Shown here one piece after another: positions 1-13,176 of a stretch of DNA of 64,000 nt (its first letter is position 1; each line of letters opens with the position of its first letter). The DNA is from Candidatus Planktophila sp. GTDB lineage: Bacteria > Actinomycetota > Actinomycetes > Nanopelagicales > Nanopelagicaceae. The stretch covers positions 579-64,578 of the forward strand of contig JBILAM010000001.1 of the NCBI GenBank assembly GCA_044354225.1. Direction: 5' to 3'. Below the pieces are notes generated by a model. The model did no database searches. It had not been told where the DNA came from and saw only the letters and a program-made list of their open reading frames with translations. The position numbers and the translations under genes were made by a program.

Positions 1-962
1 TTGAAGAACGTGATGCCGATGAGATGGAAAGAGAAATCATTGAAGTTAATTCAGGCGTCTATGCCTTCGATGCCGCAAAGCTTGCCGGAGCAATCGGAAA
101 ACTCAAATCAAGTAATTCACAGGGTGAGCTCTATCTGACAGATGTGATTGAGATTTTGCGCAATGAAGGCGGCACGATTGCGCCAGTTCTGATTGAAGAC
201 TTTATTGAAATCCTTGGCGTTAACGACCGAGTGCAGTTGGCTGAGTCGGCAGCGCTCTTGCGCGATCGCATCAACGAAGATCTTATGCGTGAAGGCGTCA
301 CCATTGTTGACCCCTTAAGTACTTGGGTTGATTCCACAGCCAAGATTGAAAGAGATGTCATAGTCATGCCGGGCACTGCAATTACTGGCACAACAACTGT
401 GGCGAGCGGTGCGGTAGTGGGTCCACGTTCGACCCTTCACAATTGCACAGTGGGTGATAGCGCTCGCGTGCTTGAATCTCATTGCACGGAAGCGATTATC
501 GGTGCGTCAGTAAATGTCGGGCCATTTACATTCTTGCGCGCTGGAACCAAATTACTTACCGGCGCTAAAGCTGGCGCATTTGTTGAGATGAAGAATGCAA
601 CTCTGGGTGAGGGCTCAAAAGTCCCTCACCTTTCTTATGTTGGAGATGCCGTTATTGGCGAGGGCAGCAATATCGGTGCGGCGACCATTTTTGTGAACTA
701 TGACGGCGTGGAGAAGCATTACACCGTGGTGGGCGATCATGTTCGGATCGGGAGTGATTCGATGTTAGTTGCACCCGTGACAATCGGAGATGGCGCATAT
801 ACCGCCGCCGGATCTGTCATAACCGAAGATGTTCCTCCCGGCGCGATTGGCGTTGGCAGAGCAAAGCAGAGAAATGTAATAGGTTGGGTACTGCGTAAGC
901 GCCCCGGTACAAAATCTGCTGAGGCGGCTTCGCGCCACAGTAGCGACGAGCAGAAAGGCTAA
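1..962 (+). CDS. glmU: Bifunctional UDP-N-acetylglucosamine pyrophosphorylase/glucosamine-1-phosphate acetyltransferase, 5'-truncated by the window edge
   Basis: EVNSGVY, QGELYLTD and GVNDRVQL motifs plus hexapeptide repeats (HLSYVGDA, NIGAATIFVNYDG). The frame is open from position 3. It lies directly upstream of prs. Confidence 0.96.
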   Translation, partial: EERDADEMEREIIEVNSGVYAFDAAKLAGAIGKLKSSNSQGELYLTDVIEILRNEGGTIAPVLIEDFIEILGVNDRVQLAESAALLRDRINEDLMREGVTIVDPLSTWVDSTAKIERDVIVMPGTAITGTTTVASGAVVGPRSTLHNCTVGDSARVLESHCTEAIIGASVNVGPFTFLRAGTKLLTGAKAGAFVEMKNATLGEGSKVPHLSYVGDAVIGEGSNIGAATIFVNYDGVEKHYTVVGDHVRIGSDSMLVAPVTIGDGAYTAAGSVITEDVPPGAIGVGRAKQRNVIGWVLRKRPGTKSAEAASRHSSDEQKG

Positions 963-967
963 CTTCC

Positions 968-1948
968 TTGAGCGAAATCCGATTGTCCTCAGAGAAAAAA
1001 CTTCGTCTCTTTTCAGGCCGTGGATTTCCAGAATTATCAGAGCAAGTAGCCAAAGAGTTAGGTATTCCACTTACACCGACTTCAGCTTATGACTTTGCCA
1101 ATGGCGAAATATTTGTTCGCTTTGAAGAATCAGTTCGTGGCTGTGATGCATTTGTAATTCAGTCACATTCGTCCCCAATTAATAAACAAATCATGGAACA
1201 ACTCATCATGATTGATGCCCTCAAGCGCGCCTCAGCAAAGCGCATCACGGTAGTTGCGCCTTTTTATGCATATGCTCGTCAGGATAAGAAGAGCCGAGGT
1301 CGCGAACCGATAACAGCGCGCCTCATGGCCGATCTATTTAAAACAGCTGGCGCTGATCGCCTCATGGTTGTTGATCTTCACACTTCACAAATTCAAGGAT
1401 TCTTCGACGGTCCAGTAGATCACCTCTTTGCACTTCCAATGCTGGCAAACTATGTTGGCAGCAAAGTTGACCGCTCAATGCTCACAATCGTTTCACCAGA
1501 CTCAGGCCGTGTTCGCGTTGCAGAACGCTGGTCTGAACTTCTCGGTGGCTGTCCCATTGCATTTATCCATAAGACTCGTGACCCACTTATTCCTAATGAG
1601 GCAGTTGTAGGAAAAGTTGTTGGAGATGTTACGGGGCGCACCTGCGTCGTTATCGATGACATGATCGATACCGCTGGAACAATTACTAAGGCAGTTGACG
1701 CACTCTTTGAAGGCGGCGCAAAAGATGTCATCGTGGCAGCAACGCACGCGGTCTTTTCTGGCCCGGCAGTTGATCGTCTGAAGGATTCACGAGCGGTGGA
1801 GATAGTCGTGACAGACTCACTTCCGCTCTCTGAGGACCAGAAATTCGACAAACTCACAGTTCTCTCCATCGCCCCCCTCTTGGCTCGTGCTATCCGCGAA
1901 GTCTTCGAAGATGGCTCAGTAACTAGCCTTTTTGACGGACATAGCTAA
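968..1948 (+). CDS. prs: Ribose-phosphate pyrophosphokinase
   Basis: FANGE, YARQDKK, DLHTSQIQGFFD and VIDDMIDTAGT motifs; TTG start. Confidence 0.97.
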   Translation: MSEIRLSSEKKLRLFSGRGFPELSEQVAKELGIPLTPTSAYDFANGEIFVRFEESVRGCDAFVIQSHSSPINKQIMEQLIMIDALKRASAKRITVVAPFYAYARQDKKSRGREPITARLMADLFKTAGADRLMVVDLHTSQIQGFFDGPVDHLFALPMLANYVGSKVDRSMLTIVSPDSGRVRVAERWSELLGGCPIAFIHKTRDPLIPNEAVVGKVVGDVTGRTCVVIDDMIDTAGTITKAVDALFEGGAKDVIVAATHAVFSGPAVDRLKDSRAVEIVVTDSLPLSEDQKFDKLTVLSIAPLLARAIREVFEDGSVTSLFDGHS

Positions 1949-1955
1949 CTCACGC

Positions 1956-2069
1956 TAACCTTTGCCTCGTTCCGGCGAGGGTGAAATTTATCCGTGATCG
2001 ACGGCCGTAGGTATCAACTCCTGCTGGAACTTCGCAACATAAAGAAGTATCAATTAGAGGAGTTTTAAC
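1956..2069 (+). promoter_or_regulatory. rplY promoter and structured 5' leader (candidate L25 autoregulatory leader)
   Basis: -10 TAACCT at 1956-1961. GTTCCGGC (1969-1976) pairs with GCTGGAAC (2023-2030), enclosing two small hairpins. SD GAGGAG precedes ATG 2070. Confidence 0.5.
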
Positions 2070-2693
2070 ATGGCAGAAGTATCAATCAAGGGAACTACAC
2101 GTACTGAATTCGGCAAGGGCGCATCACGTCGCGCACGCGTTTCAGGTCTAGTTCCAGCTGTTATCTACGGCCATGGTGAGAAGCCAGTTCACATCACTCT
2201 TCCAGCACGCGAACTCGGTGTTGCGCTTAAAGAGTCAAACGTTCTTCTTAATATTGATATCGATGGAAAGATAGAGCTCACTCTTCCAAAGTCGATTGTT
2301 CGCCATCCACTAAAGCAGATCCTGGAGCACATCGATCTCGTACTTGTGCGCCGTGGTGAGAAGGTAACTGTTGCTGTCCCTGTTCACACAGAAGGTAAGC
2401 ACGATCCAGACGGCATCCTTGAGCACCAGCACAACTCAATTGAAATTGAAGCAGAAGCAACATCGATTCCTAAATTCCTGGTTCTTGATATTGAAGGAAT
2501 GACTTCAGGAACATCTAAGTACGCATCAGATGTCGTACTTCCTGAAGGCACAACCCTGGTCAGCCCAGCGAACACAATCATTGTTCACTTGTCAGAGCGT
2601 TCAACAATCGTTGAAGAAGTTGCTGTTGTGGCACCTGCTGCCGATGATGCTGCTGCGGCACCTGCTGCAGATGCAGAGAAGAAGGACGCTTAA
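2070..2693 (+). CDS. rplY: 50S ribosomal protein bL25/general stress protein Ctc
   Basis: RTEFGKGASRRAR and VPAVIYGHG motifs, HIDL, Ala/acidic tail; position between prs and pth. Confidence 0.97.
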   Translation: MAEVSIKGTTRTEFGKGASRRARVSGLVPAVIYGHGEKPVHITLPARELGVALKESNVLLNIDIDGKIELTLPKSIVRHPLKQILEHIDLVLVRRGEKVTVAVPVHTEGKHDPDGILEHQHNSIEIEAEATSIPKFLVLDIEGMTSGTSKYASDVVLPEGTTLVSPANTIIVHLSERSTIVEEVAVVAPAADDAAAAPAADAEKKDA

Positions 2694-2710
2694 CACTTAG
2701 ACTTTCGCAT

Positions 2711-3286
2711 ATGACGTGGTTGGTAGTGGGGCTCGGTAACCCGGGCGATGAATACGCTGCCACCCGTCACAATGTGGGTCAGATGGTTATTGACCATCTT
2801 CTCAAACGTCACAATCTAAAACTCTCATCTCATAAATCTCGTTGCGATATCGCCGCCTTCAAGTTAGGCGTTGGTATTGATGCGCACTCAATCATTCTGG
2901 CAAAGTCCAAGAGCTATATGAATGAAACTGGTGGGCCAGTTAAAGCGCTCGCCTCTTTTTATTCGGTGGAACCAGCAAAGATCATTGTTCTCCACGATGA
3001 GTTAGATATCGGATACGCCGCAATTCGAGCAAAGCTTGCTGGCGGCGATAATGGCCACAACGGATTGAAATCACTGACATCTTCCTTTGGCACGGCAGAG
3101 TATTTTCGTATTCGACTTGGAATCGGCCGCCCAATGGGCGAGCAAGACCCAGCTGACTTTGTGCTTAAGCAATTTAGCAAAGAAGAGAAAAAGTCACTGG
3201 ATGAATTTATCGATCGTGGCGCTGACTGTGTTGAGTTCTTGATTGAAAAAGGACTTGATTTAACTCAGAGTAAATTCAACAGCTAA
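2711..3286 (+). CDS. pth: Peptidyl-tRNA hydrolase
   Basis: VVGLGNPG, TRHNVG, HDELD and GHNGLKS motifs. TAGACT sits 7 nt before the ATG, so it is probably leaderless. Confidence 0.97.
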   Translation: MTWLVVGLGNPGDEYAATRHNVGQMVIDHLLKRHNLKLSSHKSRCDIAAFKLGVGIDAHSIILAKSKSYMNETGGPVKALASFYSVEPAKIIVLHDELDIGYAAIRAKLAGGDNGHNGLKSLTSSFGTAEYFRIRLGIGRPMGEQDPADFVLKQFSKEEKKSLDEFIDRGADCVEFLIEKGLDLTQSKFNS

Positions 3287-6013
3287 TCAGCCGGTATTGC
3301 GAAGTCCTGCTGCAACACCATTGATTGTGAGCAGCAGAGCGCGAATTAGCGCAGGATCTGCCTTCTCACCTTGTTCGCGCACACGACTGAGCAGGGTCAC
3401 TTGCAGAAGTTGTAAGGGAGCAAGATAGGTATCGCGGACCTGCAGTGTGCGAGCTAAGACTGGTTGGTCTCCCAGCAATGATGTCTTGCCGGTCAGCGTG
3501 AGAATCTCAGCAACGGTTAGTTCAAACTCAGCTGTGATTACATCTAGTAAGTGATGTAGCTCTGCTGGAACAAGGGTTTGCACATAATGCTTTGCCGTAA
3601 CAAGATCTGTCTTTGCCAAGGTCATCTCCACGTTGCTGATAAATGTTGAGAAGAAGTGCCATTCAGAAAGCATCTGCGCCAGCACATCTGACTTCCCAGC
3701 TTCACGAGCAGCCTTTAGCCCCGAGCCCACACCAAACCAACCAGGAACAATCTGACGAGATTGGGTCCAGCCAAATACCCATGGAATTGCACGAAGTGAA
3801 TCAAGACCACCTGCAGCATCAGGGCGACGCGATGGACGTGAACCTAGAAAGAGATTTCCAAGTTGTTCAACTGGAGTTGAGGCATAGAAGTAGGCCGGAA
3901 GATCTGGGTGATCAACTAGTGCACGGTAGCGAGTAAAGGAGTTGTCACTGACTAAGTTCATGCAGTCATTCCACTTTTGCAAATCTTGCGCACTCTGACG
4001 TGGCCCACGATTAAGAATTGTTGCTTCAAGGGATGCGGCCAAAGTGAGTTCGACATTCTCGCGCGCAAGTGCTGGCAGTGCGTACTTATCTGAAATAACT
4101 TCACCTTGTTCAGTCATCTTGATTTGGCCATCAACTGAACCCCAAGGAAGGGCAATTAACGCATCATATGTTGGTCCACCACCGCGACCGACCGAACCAC
4201 CACGACCGTGGAATAGACGAAGCTTCACGCCGTGCTTGACTGCAACATCGCGCAGAATGCGCTGTGCCCGGTGAATCTCCCATTGTGATGTTGCGATTCC
4301 GGCATCCTTATTTGAATCTGAGTATCCGAGCATTACTTCCTGCACGTCACCTCGAAGTGCAACCAGGGTGCGGTAGGTAGGATTTGATAACAACTGCTCG
4401 AGAATTTCACCTGCCGCGCGCAGCTCTGCCACAGTTTCAAGGAGCGGAGCAAATCCAATCTTTGCAATCTTCTTATCAATATCAACAAGCCCAGCCTGCT
4501 TACCCAAGACCGTTGCTGCAATGAGATCATCGGCCCCCTTTGTCATCGAGACGATGTAGGTTTCAATGACTTCTGGACCGAAGCGTTCAATTAAATCTTC
4601 GATTGCCACAAAGGTATTGAGTGTTTTAGTACCAGCGGCATCTAGCTTTGTGGAATCAAGGGGAGCAGAAGATGCAAGCTGGGCTATCAGAATTGGAAAC
4701 TTCGCTTCATGTGAAAGTCCGGCATAGTCTGGGCCAAGCATCTGCTGCAACGCCTTGTGGTGGGCATCAGAATGTTCGCGAATATCAAGGGTTGCATGGG
4801 TTAGACCGAAGGCAGCCACTGTGCGAATTGTGCGTTCAATTAAGCCAGTTGCAAGAAGTTCACCGCGATGAGCAAATAGAGAGTCACGCATAAGTGTGAG
4901 ATCTGCCAGAAGTTCTGCAGTGTTCTTGTAATCACGACCAGGCACATGTGGACCTCGCACGGCATGACGCTGGCGAGTAAATGCCAGGCGATGCACGATT
5001 GCGGTTGCCTTTAGTCGATATGGCTCTTGCACATTCAGGCGCAAAAATCGCTCTTCAAATTCTGGAATATTCTTCAAGTCTTTTTCAACAGATGCACTCA
5101 GCTCAGGAGTAGCACCTGCAATACGTGTAGAAACTGAGAGCATCTGGCGCAGCTTGTTCATCGCCGCAATAGTTGTGCGAATTGCATGGCCGACCTGCAG
5201 CACCACAGCATCTTCGGTAATTGCAGGAGTGATATTTGGGTTTCCATCACGGTCACCGCCAATCCAGGTGCCGAAGGTCAAAGGCCTGGAAGTCACTGGT
5301 AATTCAATGCCAAGTCTCTTTAATTCGCGGGCGAAGTCGTTTAGAACTTCTGGAACTGTAGAGGTGGCAAGGTCATCGAGGTAATAGAGTGCGTTCATTG
5401 CTTCATCGAGTGGCTCTGGGCGATCAAGTCGTAACTCATCTGTCTGCCATAGTAAATCTACGGTTTCAGCTAAGCGCTCGTCTTGCGTAACACTTTTGGG
5501 AGTATCAAGTAATAAAGCAATTTCACCTAACTTGCCCAAGATAGAACGACGTGCGGCCTCCGTTGGGTGGGCGGTAAAGACAGGTCGCACATCTAATTCA
5601 CTAATCCAATTAACTAGATCTTCATGAGAAATTTCATGTCCCGCTACCGGATGCGCTATCGCATCTTCAATCTTGTCGATTGCACGGGTAATCCAAGAAC
5701 CACCCTGCGCGCGAACTTCGGCTAGAACGCGCGAGCGGTGAACTTGTTCTGCCACATTTGCAAGATTGAAGTAGGTGCTCAGCGCACGTACTAACTGCAC
5801 TGAATCTTCAACAGTGAGTTTTTCAAGCAGTTCAAGGCCGCCACCTTCGCGCACACTCTTTCGCACACTTTCGACTAGTTCAAGCAGTTCTGGTCCTTCT
5901 TGGCGAACTAAGGACTGGCCTAAGAGATCTCCCAAATGGCGGACATCTGCGCGAAGAGTGGCATCATCTGATGCAAGCAAGCTCTTGGCAGTGGCCGTTG
6001 ATTTTGAGGTCAT
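3287..6013 (-). CDS. ppc: Phosphoenolpyruvate carboxylase
   Basis: VFTAHPTE, WIGGDRDGNP, QEVMLGYSDSNKD, FHGRGGSVGRGGGP, LRAIPWVF and C-terminal GLRNTG. Confidence 0.98.
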   Translation of the reverse strand: MTSKSTATAKSLLASDDATLRADVRHLGDLLGQSLVRQEGPELLELVESVRKSVREGGGLELLEKLTVEDSVQLVRALSTYFNLANVAEQVHRSRVLAEVRAQGGSWITRAIDKIEDAIAHPVAGHEISHEDLVNWISELDVRPVFTAHPTEAARRSILGKLGEIALLLDTPKSVTQDERLAETVDLLWQTDELRLDRPEPLDEAMNALYYLDDLATSTVPEVLNDFARELKRLGIELPVTSRPLTFGTWIGGDRDGNPNITPAITEDAVVLQVGHAIRTTIAAMNKLRQMLSVSTRIAGATPELSASVEKDLKNIPEFEERFLRLNVQEPYRLKATAIVHRLAFTRQRHAVRGPHVPGRDYKNTAELLADLTLMRDSLFAHRGELLATGLIERTIRTVAAFGLTHATLDIREHSDAHHKALQQMLGPDYAGLSHEAKFPILIAQLASSAPLDSTKLDAAGTKTLNTFVAIEDLIERFGPEVIETYIVSMTKGADDLIAATVLGKQAGLVDIDKKIAKIGFAPLLETVAELRAAGEILEQLLSNPTYRTLVALRGDVQEVMLGYSDSNKDAGIATSQWEIHRAQRILRDVAVKHGVKLRLFHGRGGSVGRGGGPTYDALIALPWGSVDGQIKMTEQGEVISDKYALPALARENVELTLAASLEATILNRGPRQSAQDLQKWNDCMNLVSDNSFTRYRALVDHPDLPAYFYASTPVEQLGNLFLGSRPSRRPDAAGGLDSLRAIPWVFGWTQSRQIVPGWFGVGSGLKAAREAGKSDVLAQMLSEWHFFSTFISNVEMTLAKTDLVTAKHYVQTLVPAELHHLLDVITAEFELTVAEILTLTGKTSLLGDQPVLARTLQVRDTYLAPLQLLQVTLLSRVREQGEKADPALIRALLLTINGVAAGLRNTG

Positions 6014-6131
6014 TGGAGAATTCTCACATACATCTAGTCATCGCTAGACTGTAATTACTAGCCCCCCTTCTTTTTGAAGAGGGGCCTTGCGGCGTTTTGC
6101 CGGCAAGTACGTTCCTACCGAGGAGGCTTTG

Positions 6132-9100
6132 ATGCGCGGGTTAATTCAACTTCTGCAGCGCGATGATGAAGCGACCTCGGCTCTTGCAGATTCTGAAAAA
6201 ATTATTGCTCCCACTCCAACCTACCCATTCCTCTTGGCGATCAGAGCGATGAGTAAGCCCTTACTCGTGATTACCGGCTCTAGTAAGGCCGCTGAAGATC
6301 TTTCTGATGAATTGAAATCTCTACACTCAGAGGTATTCGAGTTTCCAGCTTGGGAGACTTTGCCGCACGAGAGGTTGAGCCCTCGTAGTGACACGGTGGC
6401 CAAACGGTTAGCAACGCTCTATGCGCTGAAAGCGCCGACAGGCAATCCAATTGTGGTTGCACCCATACGCGCAGTGATTCACCGATTTATCGCAGATCTT
6501 GCACACACTCCGATGTGGACTTTGGAAATCGGGCAAGAGATAGCGCTGACTGATTTAGCAGAACACCTGACTTCACTTTCTTTCACTCGCACAGATCTTG
6601 TGGAAAAGCGTGGTGAGTTTGCGGTGCGAGGTGGAATCGTCGATATCTTTCTGCCACTTGCCGCACATCCTGTGCGAATCGATTTCTTTGGTGATGAAAT
6701 TGAAGAGTTGTCATACTTTGATGTTTCAGATCAAAGAACTACATCACCGGTGGTGGGAAAACTCTCAATCTTGCCCTGCCGCGAACTCTTGCTCACGGAT
6801 GCGATTCGGGAACGGGCAGAATCTTTAAAGCCGCAATATCCATCGGCGATTGAAATTCTCGACAAGATAACTGAAGGAATGATTGTTGATGGAATGGAAT
6901 CATTGATTCCACTTCTGACCGATAACTTTGAAACAATTTTGGACCGCTTACCTGAAGGCACCGAAGTCTTTTTCTTAGACCAAGAACGAATAAAGTCTCG
7001 AACAGCTGACCTGATTGAAACAAATGCCGAATTCTTAGCTGCCTCATGGTCTAGCGCTGCAATTGGTGGAAACGCGCCACTGCCGGTGGAGAAGGTAACT
7101 TTCCTAGATTGGCCCGCACTTGGCGATGAAATGAGCCGGCTAGCTATCCCAGTGCGCTCCTTGAATTCTTTTGGTAGCGATCTCGATTCCACTGCAGTGT
7201 TCCTAGATTTCTCTCCGATTGATCCAATGCGTGGAAATGTCGAAGCTCTCTGCGAATTACTACGCACAGCTTTAGAAGCACACGAGAGCGTGATTTTCTC
7301 AACTCCTGGTCACGGAATGGCAGAGCGATATGCCGGTATTTTTCGGGATGCGGACCTGCCGGTGCAGATGACTTCCGAGCTTTTGGCACAGCCAACGAGA
7401 GGCGCCATACACATCACGCAATCTGTGATGGGTTATGGGTTCTCAAGTAGCCATGCAGAAGTGCTTTTTGTTACGGAGCGTGATTTATCGGGAAGTAAGA
7501 CAAATACCAAAGATGGTGCGCGTATGCCATCTAAACGCAAGCAAGCAATTGATCCGTTAGAGCTTCGTGCTGGAGATTTTGTTGTGCACGAACAACATGG
7601 AATTGGTAGATATATCGAGCTAGTGCAACGCACCGTGGCAGATGTGACGCGCGAATATTTAGTTATTGAATATGCCTCAGCCAAACGTGGTCAACCAGGA
7701 GACCGAATTTTTGTTCCCACAGATACCTTGGAGCAGATTAGTAAGTATGTGGGCGGAGAAACTCCCACAGTGCATCGCATCGGAAGCGGTGAATGGCTAA
7801 AAGCTAAGGGACGGGCGCGAAAGGCTGTTCGCCAAATTGCCGGAGAGCTAATTCGCTTATACGCCGCGCGCACCAGCGCACCAGGCTATGCATTCTCACC
7901 TGACACCCCATGGCAGCGAGAGTTAGAAGATGCTTTCTCTTATATTGAAACACCAGATCAACTTTCCACAATAGAAGATGTCAAACGAGATATGGAGCGC
8001 CCATATCCAATGGATCGAATCATCTGTGGTGATGTCGGCTATGGAAAGACCGAGATTGCGATCCGAGCAGCTTTTAAGGCAGTTCAAGATGGTAAACAGG
8101 TTGCTGTTCTAGTTCCCACAACGCTTCTCGTGCAACAACATACAAAAACCTTCGCCGAACGCTATGCCGGTTTTCCGATAAAAGTTGCTGGGCTCTCACG
8201 CTTTAATACAGCCAAAGAGAGCAAAGAGATCTTGGCTGAGTTAGCTCAAGGGTCAGTAGATGTTGTAGTTGGTACCCACCGCATCCTTTCCAACGATGTT
8301 CAGTTTAAAGATCTTGGCCTAGTTGTTGTTGATGAAGAACAACGTTTTGGGGTTGAGCAGAAAGAGTCTTTAAAGAAGATGCGCACGACTGTTGATGTGC
8401 TGGCAATGTCTGCCACCCCTATTCCGCGCACGCTAGAGATGGCTGTGACTGGCATCCGTGAGATGTCCACCATCACTACTCCACCGGAGGAGCGACATCC
8501 CATCCTTACTTATGTTGGACCAGCAGAAGATGCGCAGATAAAGGCCGCGATTCACCGCGAGCTCTTACGTGATGGACAAATCTTTTACATACACAACAGA
8601 GTTGAATCGATAGACAGAGCAGCATCGAAGTTACAAGAGCTAGTTCCGGAAGCGCGCATCAGAATCGCTCATGGCCAGATGAGTGAAGGCCAACTCGAAG
8701 ATGTCATTCTTGCCTTCTGGAATCGTGATTTCGATATCTTGGTCTGCACCACCATTGTTGAGAGTGGACTCGATATTGCAAATGCAAATACTCTAATTGT
8801 TGAGCGTTCAGAGAACTTTGGACTTTCTCAATTGCATCAATTACGTGGTCGAGTGGGTCGCGGGCGAGAGCGCGCATATGCCTACTTCCTCTATCCACCA
8901 GATCAGCCACTTTCAGAAATTGCCTTAGACCGGTTGAAAACAATTGCCACCAATACTGATTTAGGTTCTGGAATGCGCGTTGCACTGAAAGATCTAGAGA
9001 TACGCGGTGCTGGAAACTTGCTCGGGGGAGAGCAATCAGGACATATTGCAGATGTTGGTTTTGATTTATATATGCGGATGGTGGGTGAAGCTGTAAATGA

Positions 9101-9617
9101 ATATAAGACTGGCTTTATTGAAACTGAAGAGAAGAACCACGAATGCAAAGTTGAACTGCCAGTTAATGCCCATCTATCTGAAAGCTATGTTCCAGGTGAG
9201 AGGCTAAGACTCGATCTTTACCGGCGCCTAGCTGATGTGCGAAACGATGCCGAAGTTCAATCGATTCAAGAAGAACTTGTAGATCGATTCGGGCAACCAC
9301 CACATGAGGCAGAGTCTTTACTTCGAGTTGCGCAATTACGAGCATTTGCGAAATCTCTCGGCGTGCGCGAGGTTGTGGCTGCTGGAAAGTATCTGCGCAT
9401 TTCGCCACTGAACCTGCCGGAATCAAAACAACTCAGACTGAACCGACTTTTTCCAGGTTCGCTCTATAAATCAGCATCGAATACGGTGATGATCGCCATT
9501 CCGCGCGCTGCCGCATGGACACCGACGGCGCAGGGCTCGGCAGTCATAGGGGATACTTCTCTCCTGGAGTGGGCCGCAAAATCCCTCAATGATGTAACGA
9601 AAGAGAGCACCTCGTGA
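6132..9617 (+). CDS. mfd: Transcription-repair coupling factor
   Basis: [43 protein letters not shown] and QLRGRVGR motifs. Start moved to ATG 6132 because SD AGGAGG is at 6121. Confidence 0.97.
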   Translation: MRGLIQLLQRDDEATSALADSEKIIAPTPTYPFLLAIRAMSKPLLVITGSSKAAEDLSDELKSLHSEVFEFPAWETLPHERLSPRSDTVAKRLATLYALKAPTGNPIVVAPIRAVIHRFIADLAHTPMWTLEIGQEIALTDLAEHLTSLSFTRTDLVEKRGEFAVRGGIVDIFLPLAAHPVRIDFFGDEIEELSYFDVSDQRTTSPVVGKLSILPCRELLLTDAIRERAESLKPQYPSAIEILDKITEGMIVDGMESLIPLLTDNFETILDRLPEGTEVFFLDQERIKSRTADLIETNAEFLAASWSSAAIGGNAPLPVEKVTFLDWPALGDEMSRLAIPVRSLNSFGSDLDSTAVFLDFSPIDPMRGNVEALCELLRTALEAHESVIFSTPGHGMAERYAGIFRDADLPVQMTSELLAQPTRGAIHITQSVMGYGFSSSHAEVLFVTERDLSGSKTNTKDGARMPSKRKQAIDPLELRAGDFVVHEQHGIGRYIELVQRTVADVTREYLVIEYASAKRGQPGDRIFVPTDTLEQISKYVGGETPTVHRIGSGEWLKAKGRARKAVRQIAGELIRLYAARTSAPGYAFSPDTPWQRELEDAFSYIETPDQLSTIEDVKRDMERPYPMDRIICGDVGYGKTEIAIRAAFKAVQDGKQVAVLVPTTLLVQQHTKTFAERYAGFPIKVAGLSRFNTAKESKEILAELAQGSVDVVVGTHRILSNDVQFKDLGLVVVDEEQRFGVEQKESLKKMRTTVDVLAMSATPIPRTLEMAVTGIREMSTITTPPEERHPILTYVGPAEDAQIKAAIHRELLRDGQIFYIHNRVESIDRAASKLQELVPEARIRIAHGQMSEGQLEDVILAFWNRDFDILVCTTIVESGLDIANANTLIVERSENFGLSQLHQLRGRVGRGRERAYAYFLYPPDQPLSEIALDRLKTIATNTDLGSGMRVALKDLEIRGAGNLLGGEQSGHIADVGFDLYMRMVGEAVNEYKTGFIETEEKNHECKVELPVNAHLSESYVPGERLRLDLYRRLADVRNDAEVQSIQEELVDRFGQPPHEAESLLRVAQLRAFAKSLGVREVVAAGKYLRISPLNLPESKQLRLNRLFPGSLYKSASNTVMIAIPRAAAWTPTAQGSAVIGDTSLLEWAAKSLNDVTKESTS

Positions 9618-10219
9618 AGAAGCTTCTTACTGTGATTGCTGTTCTGTCAGCACTTGCTCTGACTGGATGCGGAAAGGCAGATTCTGCTGCCTCCATTGGC
9701 GATATCACCATCACACAGGCACAGGCGCAATCAAAGATTAATGAACTCTTAGCAGAGCGAGCAAAGATTGATACAGCAGGTACCCAATTTGAAACAGGGA
9801 ACGCTTTGAACCGAAGCCAGCTTCGCTTCACAATTATTACAACAGTCTTTGACGAAATTGCGAAAGAGCTAAAACTCCCCGTTTCAGCAACAGAACTTGA
9901 GAACGCCCGTGCAGCCATTTACAGCCAAATTGGTGGAGAGGCTGAACTTCCCAAGAGTTTAGTAGCCGCACAGATTGCACCATCGAATTTCGATCGCTAT
10001 CTACGCGCCACCATCATTTCAGATAAGTTATCGGGCGCTCTTGCCATGGCTGGAGTTGCCGAAGCAGAAATTCAAGGAAGAATTAGTGAACTCCTTCAGA
10101 AAAAAGCCGAGCAACTCAATGTCACAGTCAATCCTCGTTATGGCGTGTGGGATGTTGCATCAGGTGATTTGATTGCTGGAGATTCTGCCGGATCAGCTGT
10201 AGTTCCTTCAAACAGGTAA
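9614..10219 (+). CDS. Lipoprotein with SurA-N-like domain
   Basis: Lipobox LTGC; VTVNPRYGVWD motif; conserved position between mfd and mazG. Confidence 0.75.
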   Translation: MKKLLTVIAVLSALALTGCGKADSAASIGDITITQAQAQSKINELLAERAKIDTAGTQFETGNALNRSQLRFTIITTVFDEIAKELKLPVSATELENARAAIYSQIGGEAELPKSLVAAQIAPSNFDRYLRATIISDKLSGALAMAGVAEAEIQGRISELLQKKAEQLNVTVNPRYGVWDVASGDLIAGDSAGSAVVPSNR

Positions 10220-10224
10220 CTCTT

Positions 10225-12223
<1,999 letters not shown>

Positions 12224-12232
12224 TCACAAAAG

Positions 12233-12679
12233 ATGGCGCTTAAATCTAGCTCTGGAAAGCGAAAGAAAAGTTACCGTTCGCGCAACCTTAACTTCAATCG
12301 CCGCCAGGGATCTGGACGCTTATTAGCTGTCACAGCAATATTCTTTATGTTAGCCCTTTTCCTCGCCCCTCCAATAAAGAATTACTTCGTTCAGCGTGCA
12401 CAAATCAATGCATTGCAATCACAACTGAAAAGCGATAACTCAGCACTTGATGCAGCACGTAGAGAGTTACTGCTCTGGCAAGATCCTGAATACATAAAGT
12501 CACAGGCACGCGAACGACTGCACTTCGTGCTGCCAGGTGAGCGTCAATACATTGTCACTGGAACAGACGGCGAGAATTCTGATCAACCCGTCCAGACCGA
12601 CGTTGTCAGCAATCTTCCCGAAGGACAACCTTGGTATACCCGGATGATTGCCTCAATTACCGAAGCAGGTAAAGGGTGA
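12233..12679 (+). CDS. Septum formation initiator (FtsB/DivIC family)
   Basis: One TM helix, a coiled coil and DPEYIKSQARERLHFVLPGE; directly downstream of eno. Confidence 0.88.
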   Translation: MALKSSSGKRKKSYRSRNLNFNRRQGSGRLLAVTAIFFMLALFLAPPIKNYFVQRAQINALQSQLKSDNSALDAARRELLLWQDPEYIKSQARERLHFVLPGERQYIVTGTDGENSDQPVQTDVVSNLPEGQPWYTRMIASITEAGKG

Positions 12680-13176
12680 GCGCTGACAATCGCAGACCCA
12701 CAGATGCCGATTTAGCAGTTATTGAAAATCAATTAGGGCGCACACCTCGTGATGTGCACGCCATTGCTTATCGCTGCCCTTGCGGCAAACCCGCTGTCGT
12801 AGAGACACCGCCACGTCTTAGTAACGGCGAACCATTTCCTACTTTCTACTATGCAACCTGCCCGCGCCTTACTGCAGCGATTTCAACCCTGGAAACAACC
12901 GGCATGATGGGTCAGATGCAGGCGCGACTTGAAACTGATGCTGTATTAGCAGGTGAATACGCCGCCGCACATGATGACTACATCGCAGCTCGTTCTGCGT
13001 TGCAGATAGATGTTCCGGAAGTAGAAAATGTTTCTGCAGGTGGTATGCCAAACCGCGTGAAGTGTCTGCACTCACTGATTGCTCACTCTCTTTCTGCCGG
13101 TCCTGGCGTAAACCCACTTGGAGATGAAGCACTTGCAGCGCTACCCGAATGGTGGAAGCAGATGTCATGCGAGTAG
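12676..13176 (+). CDS. DUF501 family protein
   Basis: QLGRTPR, CPCGKPAV, PFPTFYY and GGMPNRVKCLH motifs; eno-divIC-DUF501-ppx synteny. Confidence 0.9.
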   Translation: MSADNRRPTDADLAVIENQLGRTPRDVHAIAYRCPCGKPAVVETPPRLSNGEPFPTFYYATCPRLTAAISTLETTGMMGQMQARLETDAVLAGEYAAAHDDYIAARSALQIDVPEVENVSAGGMPNRVKCLHSLIAHSLSAGPGVNPLGDEALAALPEWWKQMSCE

